Assembly: GCA_007376485.1 (NCBI GenBank)
Contig: VMGJ01000002.1
Location: 15,134 to 79,133, forward strand
Length of the DNA: 64,000 nt
Direction of reading: 5' to 3'
DNA from: Parcubacteria group bacterium Licking1014_17
GTDB taxonomy: Bacteria > Patescibacteriota > Minisyncoccia > 2-02-FULL-40-12 > IGHO2-01-FULL-4-A
Shown: positions 52,257 through 62,725 of the stretch, piece after piece
How positions within the stretch are numbered: the first letter of the stretch is position 1
Layout: every line of letters starts with the position of its first letter
Notes under the pieces: model-generated
Databases searched by the model: none
What the model was told of the DNA's origin: nothing
What the model saw: the letters and a program-made list of their open reading frames with translations, nothing else
Made by a program: the position numbers and the translations under genes

Positions 52257-52841
52257 TTAGTTTAAAAGCTGCATCGTGCCGCCGTTGGATATAATCAAAG
52301 CGGAACACTCCCCCGCATCGGCGGCGCTGGCGCAATTTACGCTTTTGAAAACGGGACTGATGAAGTAGCGTTCTTCGGCAATAGCTGGATCGTTATCGAT
52401 AAATATTGTCGGGTTCGGCGGTTCATAAAAAACGTCGGCGGGCTTGTTGCCGGTTGGGTCTATCACCTCGAAATTTTTATTGCTGATAATTATCGTATCA
52501 ACTACGGGATCGCCGTTGTCGAAATTCCGGTTTATGCCGGCGCAGGATCCGCTCATAGGCTTTTTGGCGTACATAACATAGACTGTCTTATCGGAAAAGT
52601 GTATGCCGTAGCCGCACATAAAATCGCCCAGATAAGGGCTACCTGCCAGCGCGAAAGATTGTGCCTGCCTCAAGTCAGCCATCAGCTTATTCGCGATTTG
52701 ATGGCGGGCGGATTTATTTTTCCCGGCATCCCTGAAGTTAAAAAAAATCAAAGTCATCAGAAGAGTCATAATAGCCATCGTCGTAATCATTTCCACGAGG
52801 GTAAACCCCGACTGGCTGGTTCTTTTAAGTGGATAATCCAT
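52257..52841 (-). CDS. Minor type IV pilin (FimT/FimU-like)
   Basis: G-FTLVEM; L.ADLRQAQ..A. Confidence 0.85.
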   Translation of the reverse strand: MDYPLKRTSQSGFTLVEMITTMAIMTLLMTLIFFNFRDAGKNKSARHQIANKLMADLRQAQSFALAGSPYLGDFMCGYGIHFSDKTVYVMYAKKPMSGSCAGINRNFDNGDPVVDTIIISNKNFEVIDPTGNKPADVFYEPPNPTIFIDNDPAIAEERYFISPVFKSVNCASAADAGECSALIISNGGTMQLLN

Positions 52842-52973
52842 TAACTATTATTATAATTCTTTGCCTCGTACCACGCAAAAGGTTCACGTGTTAACAATAG
52901 GGATAAATCCCTAAAAATACGCAAAGCGTAATACCCCAAAGCCACGCCCGTAAAGGCGTGGTTCGGGGTTTAC

Positions 52974-53753
52974 CTACCGGAAAAAAAGGGAAACAAAATC
53001 GCGGAGCACAACACCGAGAAAAATATAGGCGATGGCGGCAACGCCCAAAAAACTGCCGAAGGGAAGACGGGTTTTCAGATTGGCTTTGCGAAAAATCAGC
53101 AATACTATGCTCGCGACGGCGCCCAGAATAAAGGCAAGATACAGCGTAATCAATCCACCCAGAACGCCGAAAATAAAACCGGCGACCGCGGCAAGTTTAA
53201 CGTCGCCTAAACCGATCCCCTTGCCCCTGGTAACAAGCCATGCCGCCAAAAGCGGAGCCGCCATGACGGCCGCCGCCAGCAGTGAATACAAACTCAACTG
53301 CCCGAAAGGGCCTGCCGTGTGGGACAGTCGCGCCAGTATTCCAAAAGCCGCCGAAATTGCGAAAAGAATGATTATCAGCGAATCCGGAATAACATAATTG
53401 AAAAAATCAATCGCCGCGATAATCAAAAAAATCTGGAAAAGAAAAATAGAATACAGCCACACCGTAAATCCGTAATCACTCAAAATAAAATACGACAACA
53501 GCCAGCCGACGGCTGATAATAACTCAACGACCGGATACGTAAGCGAAATCCGCTGCCGGCACTGCCGGCAGCGGAATCGCAATAACACAATGCTAACTAT
53601 CGGAACAAGGTCATACCATTTTATTTCCGTCCCGCATTTTGGGCATTTTGATTTTCCCCGGACGAAACTTAGCGACCGAGGCAAGCGATATATAACCGAA
53701 TTGGAAAAACTGCCGAATATTAAACCCAAAACACCCAAAACGGCATAAACCAT
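52974..53753 (-). CDS. pilD: Prepilin peptidase
   Basis: GSF.N..IYRLP, two CxxC pairs, YP.VE, G.GD.KL, LPFG.FL. Confidence 0.93.
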   Translation of the reverse strand: MVYAVLGVLGLIFGSFSNSVIYRLPRSLSFVRGKSKCPKCGTEIKWYDLVPIVSIVLLRFRCRQCRQRISLTYPVVELLSAVGWLLSYFILSDYGFTVWLYSIFLFQIFLIIAAIDFFNYVIPDSLIIILFAISAAFGILARLSHTAGPFGQLSLYSLLAAAVMAAPLLAAWLVTRGKGIGLGDVKLAAVAGFIFGVLGGLITLYLAFILGAVASIVLLIFRKANLKTRLPFGSFLGVAAIAYIFLGVVLRDFVSLFFR

Positions 53754-53769
53754 TTAGTTGGAGAAATAA

Positions 53770-54312
53770 TTACTGATTCTGACCTAAGTCAAAGATGCAA
53801 CTTGGGATTGTGGCCGGATTGCAGGTTTCTTTCAATGGGCCGCCATCAATTTTAGCCCCACCTCCCCCACTCCAAAGACTGCTGTTTATATCGGCATCTG
53901 AATTAAGCCCAGTGCTTTTCTTTTCTAATTCAGCCCAAACCTGATATTGAGTAGCGCTACCATAAGCGTAGCCATAGCATCTGCTTGTCGCACTCGTACC
54001 GGTATAGCCAGTGCATGCGCTCGCCAACGGATCCTGCGGAACTTTTGTCAGGTAAGGCGCCAGCTTGTCCATCTCGGTTTGTGTGTTATTGACAGGATAG
54101 TGGCTGTTGTCATCAAAATACTGTTCTATGGCTGTTCTCACCTGCGTGATATCGGCAATTCTCTTGGTATCCCTTGATTTCGCGCGGGCGGTGCCTAATT
54201 GCAGAAGCAATATTGTGGCTAAAATAGCAATAATGGCTATAACCACGAGAAGTTCCACCAAAGTGAAACCCTGATTCTTGTTTCTCTTCGCAAATTTTGT
54301 GAGTATTGACAC
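53770..54312 (-). CDS. Type IV pilin, probably the major subunit
   Basis: QG-FTLVELLVVIAII..LA, AR.KSRD.KR..D; start most likely GTG at 54312. Confidence 0.85.
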   Translation of the reverse strand: MSILTKFAKRNKNQGFTLVELLVVIAIIAILATILLLQLGTARAKSRDTKRIADITQVRTAIEQYFDDNSHYPVNNTQTEMDKLAPYLTKVPQDPLASACTGYTGTSATSRCYGYAYGSATQYQVWAELEKKSTGLNSDADINSSLWSGGGGAKIDGGPLKETCNPATIPSCIFDLGQNQ

Positions 54313-54434
54313 TATTTTTTGGAAAACAACCTGCCGGCGGAACTTCACGCCTCATTGCTTGAAGCCAGCCGAGCTGGATGTTTTCAGTTATTGTCTTTTA
54401 AAATTATAAGGTGCCGGCGCTAACTTTTCAAATA

Positions 54435-55643
54435 TTATCCTCCACCGACAAGGCTGTAAATAGGCATCAGAACGGCCGCCACCAGAAAAGCCACGCCGAC
54501 GCCAAGAACAACTATTATAATTGGCTCCAGAAGCTGGGACAGATTTTGGATGCTGGTTTCCGCTTCCGACTTGTAAAACTTGAATATATTTTCAAACATG
54601 TAATCGGTCTTGGCGGTTTTTTCTCCGGTTTCAATCATTGACGAAGCCAGAGGCGGAAATTCCTTGTATTTTCTGAACACCTCGGAGATGGTTCCGCCGC
54701 CTTGTACGCTTTCTTTCGCCTTAAGAAGAATATCCTTATAAACCGCGTTCCCGACCGAATCGGCGGCGATGGTAAGCCCGTTCAGTATTGGCACGCCCGC
54801 TCTAATCAGGGTTGAAAGGGTTTCGGAAATTCTCGCCAGATAAAGATTTCTCACTATAGAGCCAAAGCGGGGCATATGAATTTTTAGATTATCAAGCCGG
54901 TATTTGCCCGATTCCGTCCGTAAATAAAAGTAAATGGAAATTACAGCGGCAAGAAACAGTGTAATCAGCAGAAACGCGTTTCCGTTGATAAAATTCGACA
55001 GCCACATAAGAACTCTGGTGGTCATAGGTATTTCGGTAACGCCGGATTCCTCTATCACCACCAACAATTTGGGAATTATCGTTGTCATCATAATAATGCC
55101 CACAATGGACATTACCACGAGCACGAATGCCGGATAATAAAGCGCGCTTTTGATTTTGGACGCCAACCCGGCGCTGCGTTCCAGATAATCCGCGAGATAC
55201 ATAAGCGACCCCTGAAGTTTTCCGGAAACTTCCCCGATTTTAACCAAACTTATGTAAAGATCGTTAAAAACATAATCGTAATCCGACAGCGCCATGGACA
55301 GCGACGTTCCGCCTTCAACGGACGCGGCTATGTTCAAAATAATTTTGGCGAACGAGGCTTTCTGAGTCTGTTCCCCTAAAATCTTCAGTCCTTCCAAAAG
55401 CGGCATCCCGGCGTCAATAAGTGTTGCCAGTTGGCGCGTAAATATCACCAGATCGCGGTTGTTGGGACCCGAAAACCAACCAAGAACGTCTCTTATGAAA
55501 GCATTTTCTTTTATCTGCTCAAGGGAAACTACCGTCAGCTTTATCTGCTGGAGAGTGTTAATAGCGACGGTATCAGTCGCGGCCTCTATTTTTCCCGCTA
55601 TCAGCTTCCCCGCTTCATCTTTTGCTTTATATTTAAATTCCAT
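54435..55643 (-). CDS. pilC: Type IV pilus platform protein
   Basis: FTRQLATL..AG.PL, GE.SG.L, AL.YP, LEP. Confidence 0.93.
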   Translation of the reverse strand: MEFKYKAKDEAGKLIAGKIEAATDTVAINTLQQIKLTVVSLEQIKENAFIRDVLGWFSGPNNRDLVIFTRQLATLIDAGMPLLEGLKILGEQTQKASFAKIILNIAASVEGGTSLSMALSDYDYVFNDLYISLVKIGEVSGKLQGSLMYLADYLERSAGLASKIKSALYYPAFVLVVMSIVGIIMMTTIIPKLLVVIEESGVTEIPMTTRVLMWLSNFINGNAFLLITLFLAAVISIYFYLRTESGKYRLDNLKIHMPRFGSIVRNLYLARISETLSTLIRAGVPILNGLTIAADSVGNAVYKDILLKAKESVQGGGTISEVFRKYKEFPPLASSMIETGEKTAKTDYMFENIFKFYKSEAETSIQNLSQLLEPIIIVVLGVGVAFLVAAVLMPIYSLVGGG

Positions 55644-55645
55644 TT

Positions 55646-57427
55646 TTATTCGATTACTTCGTCATTTTTGTTTTCGCCGCTCTCAATTTCATTGGCGACC
55701 TGCAAAAGTTCCTCAAAAGTTGAAACGCCGTTAAGCACTTTCATTACCCCGTCTTCATACATCGTTATCATTCCCTGATGCCGGGCCTCATCGCGTAATT
55801 TCTTTTCCGAAATATCAGTAAGAATCACTTTTTCCAGTTCGTCGGTCATTGCCAATGTCTCGACAATCGCTATTCTGCCTTTATATTGCTTCCCGTTGCA
55901 TTCTTTACAGCCCCCGCCCGCGCGAAAAATTTTAAAACCGTCGGCTTTCAGGTATTTCGCGCTTACATCCTTAGGCAAATTGGCGAGAACTTTTTTAATC
56001 AAAGCTTCCTCGCCGAGATTCGCTTTATCCGGAACCTTGCACGAAGAGCAAAGCCTCCGCAGCAACCTTTGGGCGACTACGAGATTCAGCGCCGGGGCGA
56101 TTAAGTATTTTTCAACACTCATATCAATAAGCCGGGGAATGACGCCGATGGTGTTGTTGGTGTGAATCGTGGACAAAACTATATGTCCCGTCAATGCCGC
56201 CTGTATCGCCAGTCCAGCTGTCTCTTTGTCTCGGATTTCACCGACCATTATCACGTCCGGGTCCTGGCGCAATATATGCCTTAGACCGCTGGCGAAAGTA
56301 TATCCGATTTCTTCATGAACCTGGGACTGGTTCACGCCGGTCACGTAATATTCTATCGGATCTTCCAGGGTGACGATGTTGATAACCTCATCGTTCATTT
56401 TGCGCAGGATTGCCGCCAATGTCGTGGATTTGCCGGAACCGGTCGGTCCGGTAATTAGAATGGAGCCGAAGGGCTTGGCGATATTTTCAAGGATGAGATT
56501 CAAATTGCGCCCTTCAAGACCCAAATCCGTCAGTTCTATGTCACCCACGAACGGATCCAGAATACGCAAAACCACTTTTTCTCCGGTTCTCGTGGGGAAA
56601 GTGGAAACGCGGAAATCAACCGTTCTGCTTCCGATGGTCGTTGAAAACCTTCCGTCCTGAGCCAATCTTGTTTCGTCAATTTTCATGTCGGATAAAACTT
56701 TAATCCGGCTTATCAGCGATGAAAGCAGGCTCGAAGGCAAAGTTAGGGAAGTTTGCAAATCGCCGTCAATTCTGAACCGCACCCTGATTTCACTGCCAAA
56801 AGGTTCGATATGGATATCGGACGCCTTATTTTCAACGGCGTATTTGACTACAATCGCGACCACTCTCGTCGCCGGCGCTTCGGCGGTTATATCCTCCAGT
56901 TTTCCCGTTTTTTCATCAATTGATAGTTCCTTATCAAGCTGGTCTTTTGAAAATGTTTCCAAAGCCCTGCCGACTTCCTGTGTCAAAGTTTTAAAATTCC
57001 TGCTCAGCGAATCGAAATCTTTCTGCCCGATGACGTATTTTTCCACGGTTACGTCCATGTCGGCGGAAATAAATTTCAGGGCTTCCATGCCTCTCGCGTT
57101 CTCCGGGTCCATTACGCCCACTTTCAATAACTGGTCCGTTTTCGCGAAAGGAACTATTTTATAGACAGAAACCAAATTATCCGGGAAATTTTTAAAAGAT
57201 TCCTTGTCTATTTCCGCGCTCGACAAATCGGCCGCCGGAAGTTGATAAAGTTCCGATTTCAATTGGAGCAGGGCTTTATCACTAATTAAATTCTTATGAA
57301 CCAGAAGCTCCCCGAAACTTTTGCCGGTATCAACGGATTCCTGTTCAATTTCGGCCGCCGCCTCCGGAGTTATGATGTTTTGGCTGACAAGAACCTCAAC
57401 AAGCAATTTTGGGGATGAAGAAGTCAT
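55646..57427 (-). CDS. pilB: Type IV pilus assembly ATPase
   Basis: ASDIHIEP, GPTGSGKSTT, TLEDPIEY, LRQDPD.IMVGEIRD, AALTGH. Confidence 0.94.
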   Translation of the reverse strand: MTSSSPKLLVEVLVSQNIITPEAAAEIEQESVDTGKSFGELLVHKNLISDKALLQLKSELYQLPAADLSSAEIDKESFKNFPDNLVSVYKIVPFAKTDQLLKVGVMDPENARGMEALKFISADMDVTVEKYVIGQKDFDSLSRNFKTLTQEVGRALETFSKDQLDKELSIDEKTGKLEDITAEAPATRVVAIVVKYAVENKASDIHIEPFGSEIRVRFRIDGDLQTSLTLPSSLLSSLISRIKVLSDMKIDETRLAQDGRFSTTIGSRTVDFRVSTFPTRTGEKVVLRILDPFVGDIELTDLGLEGRNLNLILENIAKPFGSILITGPTGSGKSTTLAAILRKMNDEVINIVTLEDPIEYYVTGVNQSQVHEEIGYTFASGLRHILRQDPDVIMVGEIRDKETAGLAIQAALTGHIVLSTIHTNNTIGVIPRLIDMSVEKYLIAPALNLVVAQRLLRRLCSSCKVPDKANLGEEALIKKVLANLPKDVSAKYLKADGFKIFRAGGGCKECNGKQYKGRIAIVETLAMTDELEKVILTDISEKKLRDEARHQGMITMYEDGVMKVLNGVSTFEELLQVANEIESGENKNDEVIE

Positions 57428-57451
57428 TACAATTTAATGGCGCACTCCCCC

Positions 57452-57721
57452 TTAGGGGGTAAACGGATTATTTTTGCCCGGCGTGCCTGGATTCACTGGA
57501 GCTTCGCCAAACATTCTTAAGTTCTTAAAAGACGCCTTGCTGAATAAGTCGTAGTCCAGGGAAAAACTTTTGAACTTCAGAAAATCGCCGCTATTCTGCA
57601 CTGGTACCTGATTGGGCTGGGTAATGAACGGTTTTAGAAACTGCAAGTAATAAAACAGACCGAATACCGCTCCCAGTAATATTATCGCCAAGCTTATGAA
57701 AGGATTTGTTCTTGAAGCCAT
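57452..57721 (-). CDS. Small membrane-anchored pilus-cluster protein
   Basis: TM helix plus G..NPF.P end; lies between pilO and pilB. Confidence 0.65.
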   Translation of the reverse strand: MASRTNPFISLAIILLGAVFGLFYYLQFLKPFITQPNQVPVQNSGDFLKFKSFSLDYDLFSKASFKNLRMFGEAPVNPGTPGKNNPFTP

Positions 57722-57722
57722 A

Positions 57723-58253
57723 TTATTTCAGATTATAAACAACGATGGTTAAACTGGCGCTCATGGAAAGAGCCCCATCGCCCGCGCCCGAGCCCTTGGA
57801 AACTCTTATTTGGGCCACATCGGACAGCCTTAGATTTTTTTCTATATTATCCAAAAAAGATATCAAGCTGCCGTAATTGCAATACAGGTCAACGAGGACT
57901 GTTCTTTGTTCATAAGGCCCTTCCGACTGGTCATTCTGGCTGCTTATGGATATGTTGGTGAGCTGCGTACCCGATTGGGCCGCCGCTTCGTGGACGCTGA
58001 AAATAATCTGGTCGGTCTGCTCCGATTTCGGAAGCAAAACGGAAAGTTTGTCTATGCTGGCTTTATTCTGGTTGTATTTCATGTCCAGCTCGCTGAATTT
58101 CTGGTTAGCCGACTCGTAATCGGCAAGAAGGTTTTCCCGCTCGGTGATGGTTGCTTTCGCCAGTTTAATTTCATCATATTTGGGCGCCACCAAAATAAAC
58201 AACAGCACTACAGCCAGTCCGAATATTATTGATGAAATTAAACCCTTGCTCAT
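57723..58253 (-). CDS. pilO: Type IV pilus assembly protein PilO
   Basis: TM, coiled coil, LLP, Y..L..FL..IE...RL. Confidence 0.8.
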   Translation of the reverse strand: MSKGLISSIIFGLAVVLLFILVAPKYDEIKLAKATITERENLLADYESANQKFSELDMKYNQNKASIDKLSVLLPKSEQTDQIIFSVHEAAAQSGTQLTNISISSQNDQSEGPYEQRTVLVDLYCNYGSLISFLDNIEKNLRLSDVAQIRVSKGSGAGDGALSMSASLTIVVYNLK

Positions 58254-58259
58254 AATTTT

Positions 58260-58823
58260 TTATTTCGCGCTTTTTAACAAAAAGCCGGCGGCATCTATTT
58301 TTATCACAGCGCTGAATTCAACCCTGCCCCCGGATTGCGCGCTCACGCCGTTAATAACCACATCTTTTACCGAACTGTCCCCATAAAAAGCGGCCATTTG
58401 CCTTGCCACCGTCACGAAACTGTCCGCGCTCGCGGAAAAATTTATGGATTTCTGGTCGGAATTGACATCAACCGACCCCAGAATTACCTGCGGCAGCAAA
58501 AGCTTACTGAATTTTTCAAGCCCCTGCGACCAGCTTATATGGGCGTCCAGTAGTTTGCTGACGTTAGAAAGCTGCTTGCCCACCACCACAAGCCTGGCTT
58601 CCTTGTTTTTATCGCGGTTCTTATCGATATCGCCGATTTTCGCGTTAAGTTCGTCAACTCTGCCGAAAAGATTGGCGCGGTAATTCAAAAGCACAAAATA
58701 GCCGGCGGCAACAATAAATAAAACCACAAAACCGATAACCAGATTCCTGGTTTGACCGGGAATTTCAACCTCTATCTTCCTTCGTGTCTGCGGAAGAATT
58801 TGTAATCCTCCATTATCCACCAA
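58260..58823 (-). CDS. pilN: PilN-like protein
   Basis: Position between pilM and pilO; N-terminal ILP, TM, coiled coil. Confidence 0.7.
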   Translation of the reverse strand: MVDNGGLQILPQTRRKIEVEIPGQTRNLVIGFVVLFIVAAGYFVLLNYRANLFGRVDELNAKIGDIDKNRDKNKEARLVVVGKQLSNVSKLLDAHISWSQGLEKFSKLLLPQVILGSVDVNSDQKSINFSASADSFVTVARQMAAFYGDSSVKDVVINGVSAQSGGRVEFSAVIKIDAAGFLLKSAK

Positions 58824-58909
58824 TTTTTTGTTTAATTATTATTGCCCGTAATCCCGCTATAAGGTTATTTTAACAAATTCAAACGGCTTGGTTATGCACA
58901 TGTGCGGTT

Positions 58910-60004
58910 TCAAACTCCCCTCATCGCCAAGCCGACGGCCACAGCCAGCGTGGAGCTTAAATCGTTTCTCAAAGTCTCCAGCTCCGGCGCGATAACAACC
59001 CGAGCCAAAGCGTTTCCGATATCCACTGTTCCTCCAACGCCGGACCTAAAGTATTCAAGGAAACCCGGCATGCTTAATATCCCGCCGATAACGATAACTT
59101 TTGACATCTTAACGCCCCTGGAATTTTCGTAATTCTGCGCGATTCTAAGAGTTTCGGTGATGATTTTATCAACACTGGCGGAAATGACACCCGCTACGGC
59201 CGGATTATCAGGCAGTAGTCCGTTTGTTTTCTTGATATCGTCGGCTTTCGCGAAACTTGCTTTCATCGCCAGAGCGATATTTTTCGTAATTTCAAAACCG
59301 CCGAAATCTATATTCTGGTTTATTCTCTCAACGCCGTTGTCAACCAGCATGATTGCCGTCCCCTTGCTGCCGATGTTCACGATGGCAACCGGCGACAAGT
59401 CATTGCCGACCAGGGAACGTATCAGTGCGAAACTTTCCGTTTCCAACACCTTCATGTTCAGCCCCGCTTTTTTCATAATCCGCTGGTATTTTTCAATTTC
59501 GCTTTTCGGCACCGCCACCAAAAAAACTTCCACATTGGCCGGTTTCTTTTTCTCGGTTTCGGCGTCAGGAACAATTTGCCTGGATTCCCCGACTACGTTT
59601 ATTATTGACCAGTCAAGCATGACTTCGCTTACCGGAACGGGCACATATTTTCTCGCTTCAAATGAAACGGCGTTCGCAAGTTCCTCCTCGGAAACATAGG
59701 GCATGTTGATAACGGTGGAAAACGTCAGATACGACGGGATCGACAGTACTGCGTCTCTCGTCGTAATCCCCGTCCGTCTGAGAATCTCGATAATTCCTCC
59801 GGCGGCTTCGTCCTCGGACAAGCGGGGCTGTTTGGCACCGGCCGTCTGGATGGCTTCATTCATTGCTTCGCCGCTCCTGCCTACTTCTATAATTCCGTAA
59901 TTTTCCAGCTTGTAGCGGCCGGATGATTTCGACATTTCAACCACCTTGATTGAGGACGTGCCAATATCAACACCCAGTATTTTGTTGGAACCGAAGAATG
60001 ACAT
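58910..60004 (-). CDS. pilM: Type IV pilus assembly protein PilM
   Basis: GVDIGTSSIKVVE, EA.KYVP, AVAVGLAMR. Confidence 0.93.
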   Translation of the reverse strand: MSFFGSNKILGVDIGTSSIKVVEMSKSSGRYKLENYGIIEVGRSGEAMNEAIQTAGAKQPRLSEDEAAGGIIEILRRTGITTRDAVLSIPSYLTFSTVINMPYVSEEELANAVSFEARKYVPVPVSEVMLDWSIINVVGESRQIVPDAETEKKKPANVEVFLVAVPKSEIEKYQRIMKKAGLNMKVLETESFALIRSLVGNDLSPVAIVNIGSKGTAIMLVDNGVERINQNIDFGGFEITKNIALAMKASFAKADDIKKTNGLLPDNPAVAGVISASVDKIITETLRIAQNYENSRGVKMSKVIVIGGILSMPGFLEYFRSGVGGTVDIGNALARVVIAPELETLRNDLSSTLAVAVGLAMRGV

Positions 60005-60142
60005 GGTTTATATCTTAATAATAACACAAGCTCTCTGAAAAATATCAACATTTTGGTATGATATGAAAAATAGCTCCCGAATTGCCGCCTCAAGACACTC
60101 CGCGAATGATTTCCCGCGGCGGCAATTTGAGAAATATAAAAC

Positions 60143-60868
60143 TTGCCTGACAATATTTACCCGCTAATTTTGGACATTATTTTCCCCAGATATTGTTTAT
60201 CCTGCGGCGTTATTCTATGGCGGGAAGAATTTGTTTACTTGTGCGATAATTGCGCCCAAAAAATAAAATTAAACGACTCCCCCGCGCGCTGCGCTTTTTG
60301 TCACGCCGACAGCAAAAACGGGTTGACCTGCCGGGTTTGCTCGAGAAAATACGATTTGGACGCGCTTTTGGTGGCGGCTTATTATGAAAATCCGCTCGTC
60401 CAGAAAATGATAAAGCTGGTCAAATATCAATTCGCCTATACCATTGCCGATGATATAGCCAAACTAATGGACAAATATCTGCTGAAAATAAAAATAAAAG
60501 GCGGCTTGGACAAAAATTTTCTTTTGGTTCCGGTGCCGCTGGACAAAAAGCGCCGCGCATGGAGGGGCTTCAACCAATCGGAAATAATTTGCGATTTTCT
60601 TTCGAAACAAATTCCCTGCAACTACGCTAAAAACATTCTCGCCAAAAAAAGCGGCTTGACGCCCCAGGTACACGTCGCCGAAAGAAATTCGCGGCTGGCA
60701 AATGTTGTCGGGGCTTTCGGCTGTTTGGACACTGAACTGGTCAAAAATAAAAATATTCTTCTCGTTGACGACGTAGCGACGACTTGCGCCACTTTGAACG
60801 ACTGCGCGCGGGCGCTGAAGTCCGCCGGTGCACGGTATGTCGCGGGATTCGCTTTTGCGAGAAACTAA
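60143..60868 (+). CDS. comF: ComF family protein
   Basis: FP..C..C, PVPL...R...RGFNQS, LLVDDV.TT.ATL. Confidence 0.92.
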   Translation: MPDNIYPLILDIIFPRYCLSCGVILWREEFVYLCDNCAQKIKLNDSPARCAFCHADSKNGLTCRVCSRKYDLDALLVAAYYENPLVQKMIKLVKYQFAYTIADDIAKLMDKYLLKIKIKGGLDKNFLLVPVPLDKKRRAWRGFNQSEIICDFLSKQIPCNYAKNILAKKSGLTPQVHVAERNSRLANVVGAFGCLDTELVKNKNILLVDDVATTCATLNDCARALKSAGARYVAGFAFARN

Positions 60869-60928
60869 ACATCAAGCCGACGAGTTGACGCTTTTTGGCA
60901 CTATTAAAGTCGCAAATTAAATTAACTA

Positions 60929-61810
60929 CTAGTCCAATAGCAATTTTACTATCCCGTTCAATTCTTCCAAAGTGGCGAACCTGATGACGATATTGCCTCC
61001 AGAGGCGCCGTTTTTAATCAGCACCGGCACGCCCAGATTCTTGGATAAATTATCCTGCAATTCGATAAATTTCCTGCCGCCGGTAATTACCGGCTTTCTG
61101 CCGCTCCTGTTTTTCCGCGCTTCTTCTTCGGCGTCTTTAATGACCGCCTGCCCGCTTAACATCTGCCTGAACATGTTTTTCTGGGACGCCTCGTCCTTAA
61201 AAGCCAAGAGTGTTCTCGCCTGGGTTCGGGAAAGCTTGTTGCTTCTCAACGCCTGCTTGATTTCCGCCGGCAAACCCAAGAGGCGTATCGTGTTTGCCAC
61301 TACTTCCCTGCTCTTTCCAACCTTTGTGGAAATTTCTTTCTGGGTCAGCTTGAATTCTTCCGCCAATCTGTTGTAAGCCTCCGCCTCTTCCATCGGATTT
61401 AAATCCTCGCGCTGGACGTTTTCAATAAGCGCCACTTCCAGTTTCATCCTATCCTCGTCAATATTATCTTTTATTATAACCGGCACCGTCGGTAACCCGG
61501 CAAGTTTCGCCGCCCGCCAGCGCCTTTCGCCGGCAATCAGCTCGTAATTCACATTTATCCCCTTTTCGGTTTCCTCCGTAATTTTTGAAACCAAAAGCGG
61601 CTGAAGAACTCCGTATTTTTTGATGGACGACGCCAGTTCATCCAGGGCGTTCTTATTGAAATCGCGCCTCACCTGGCTCGGGTTCGACTTGATTTTTCCA
61701 GTTTCAACATAAAAAATATTACTGCTCCGCGGCTCCGCTGCGCTCTTTCTTGCCATGGTTGGTATTAGCGATTCAAGCCCCCGACCAAGACCGCTGTTTG
61801 TTTTTTTCAT
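60929..61810 (-). CDS. parB: Chromosome partitioning protein ParB
   Basis: GLGRGL.SLI, LIAGERRWRA, ALIENVQREDLNP.EEA. Confidence 0.96.
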   Translation of the reverse strand: MKKTNSGLGRGLESLIPTMARKSAAEPRSSNIFYVETGKIKSNPSQVRRDFNKNALDELASSIKKYGVLQPLLVSKITEETEKGINVNYELIAGERRWRAAKLAGLPTVPVIIKDNIDEDRMKLEVALIENVQREDLNPMEEAEAYNRLAEEFKLTQKEISTKVGKSREVVANTIRLLGLPAEIKQALRSNKLSRTQARTLLAFKDEASQKNMFRQMLSGQAVIKDAEEEARKNRSGRKPVITGGRKFIELQDNLSKNLGVPVLIKNGASGGNIVIRFATLEELNGIVKLLLD

Positions 61811-61811
61811 T

Positions 61812-62573
61812 TTATATAAGATTTAAAATTTCTCTGGCTAATTGATGATAAGCTTTGGCTCCCTTCGACCCGGGATCAAATTGAAACACCGTCTTGCCGT
61901 AACTCGGCGCTTCCGCCAAAGACACGCAACGCGGGATGATAGTCTCAAAAACCGGCCCCGGAAAATTTTTTTCCACTTCATTGGCAACCTGCCGCGACAG
62001 GGTATTACGCCTATCAAACATTGTAAGCAGAACTCCGTAAATTTTCAATTGCGGATTGAGAGATTTCCTCACAAGCTCGATTGTCTGCAGTAATTGCCCC
62101 AGCCCTTCCAGCGCGAAATATTCGCACTGAACCGGAATAACCAGCCCTTCGGAAGCCACAAGCCCGTTTATCGTCAAAAGCCCGAGCGACGGTGGGCTGT
62201 CTATAATAATGTAATCGTAATTGGTCCTAATTTTGTCCAAAACTTTTTTCAGGCGCGACTCGCGTTCGTCAACTCCAACCAGCTCCACTCCGGCTCCCGC
62301 CAGGCTTGACGCCGCCGGCAGAATGTCAAAACCCATCAGCCGCGATTTTCTGATAATCGCCTCTGGTTCCTGCCCGTCAACAAGGGCGTGATAAAGATTC
62401 AGGTGGTCATCCGCCAAGTGGACATCCAAAGCAGAAGTGGCGTTCGCCTGCGGATCTAAATCCACCAGCAGGACGTATTTGCCCATCGCCGAAAGATACG
62501 CCCCCAAATTGCTGGCAGTCGTGGTCTTTCCCACTCCCCCTTTCGCGTTGATTACTCCAATAATCCGAGCCAT
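61812..62573 (-). CDS. parA: Chromosome partitioning ATPase ParA/Soj
   Basis: KGGVGKTT, DLDPQANA, D.PPSLG, PVQCEY.ALEG, LAEAPS.G. Confidence 0.96.
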   Translation of the reverse strand: MARIIGVINAKGGVGKTTTASNLGAYLSAMGKYVLLVDLDPQANATSALDVHLADDHLNLYHALVDGQEPEAIIRKSRLMGFDILPAASSLAGAGVELVGVDERESRLKKVLDKIRTNYDYIIIDSPPSLGLLTINGLVASEGLVIPVQCEYFALEGLGQLLQTIELVRKSLNPQLKIYGVLLTMFDRRNTLSRQVANEVEKNFPGPVFETIIPRCVSLAEAPSYGKTVFQFDPGSKGAKAYHQLAREILNLI

Positions 62574-62725
62574 ATGATTTTATTGTAACGGATTATTTTT
62601 CTTTTACAACAATCTTGTAGGCTAGAACCCATGAATGTTGACAGATACCAATTTTATTAGTATGTTATGTCTGTTTTTGCACCTAGTTCCCGAACAACAA
62701 TTCTTTTAGAAACGGAGGATTTATC

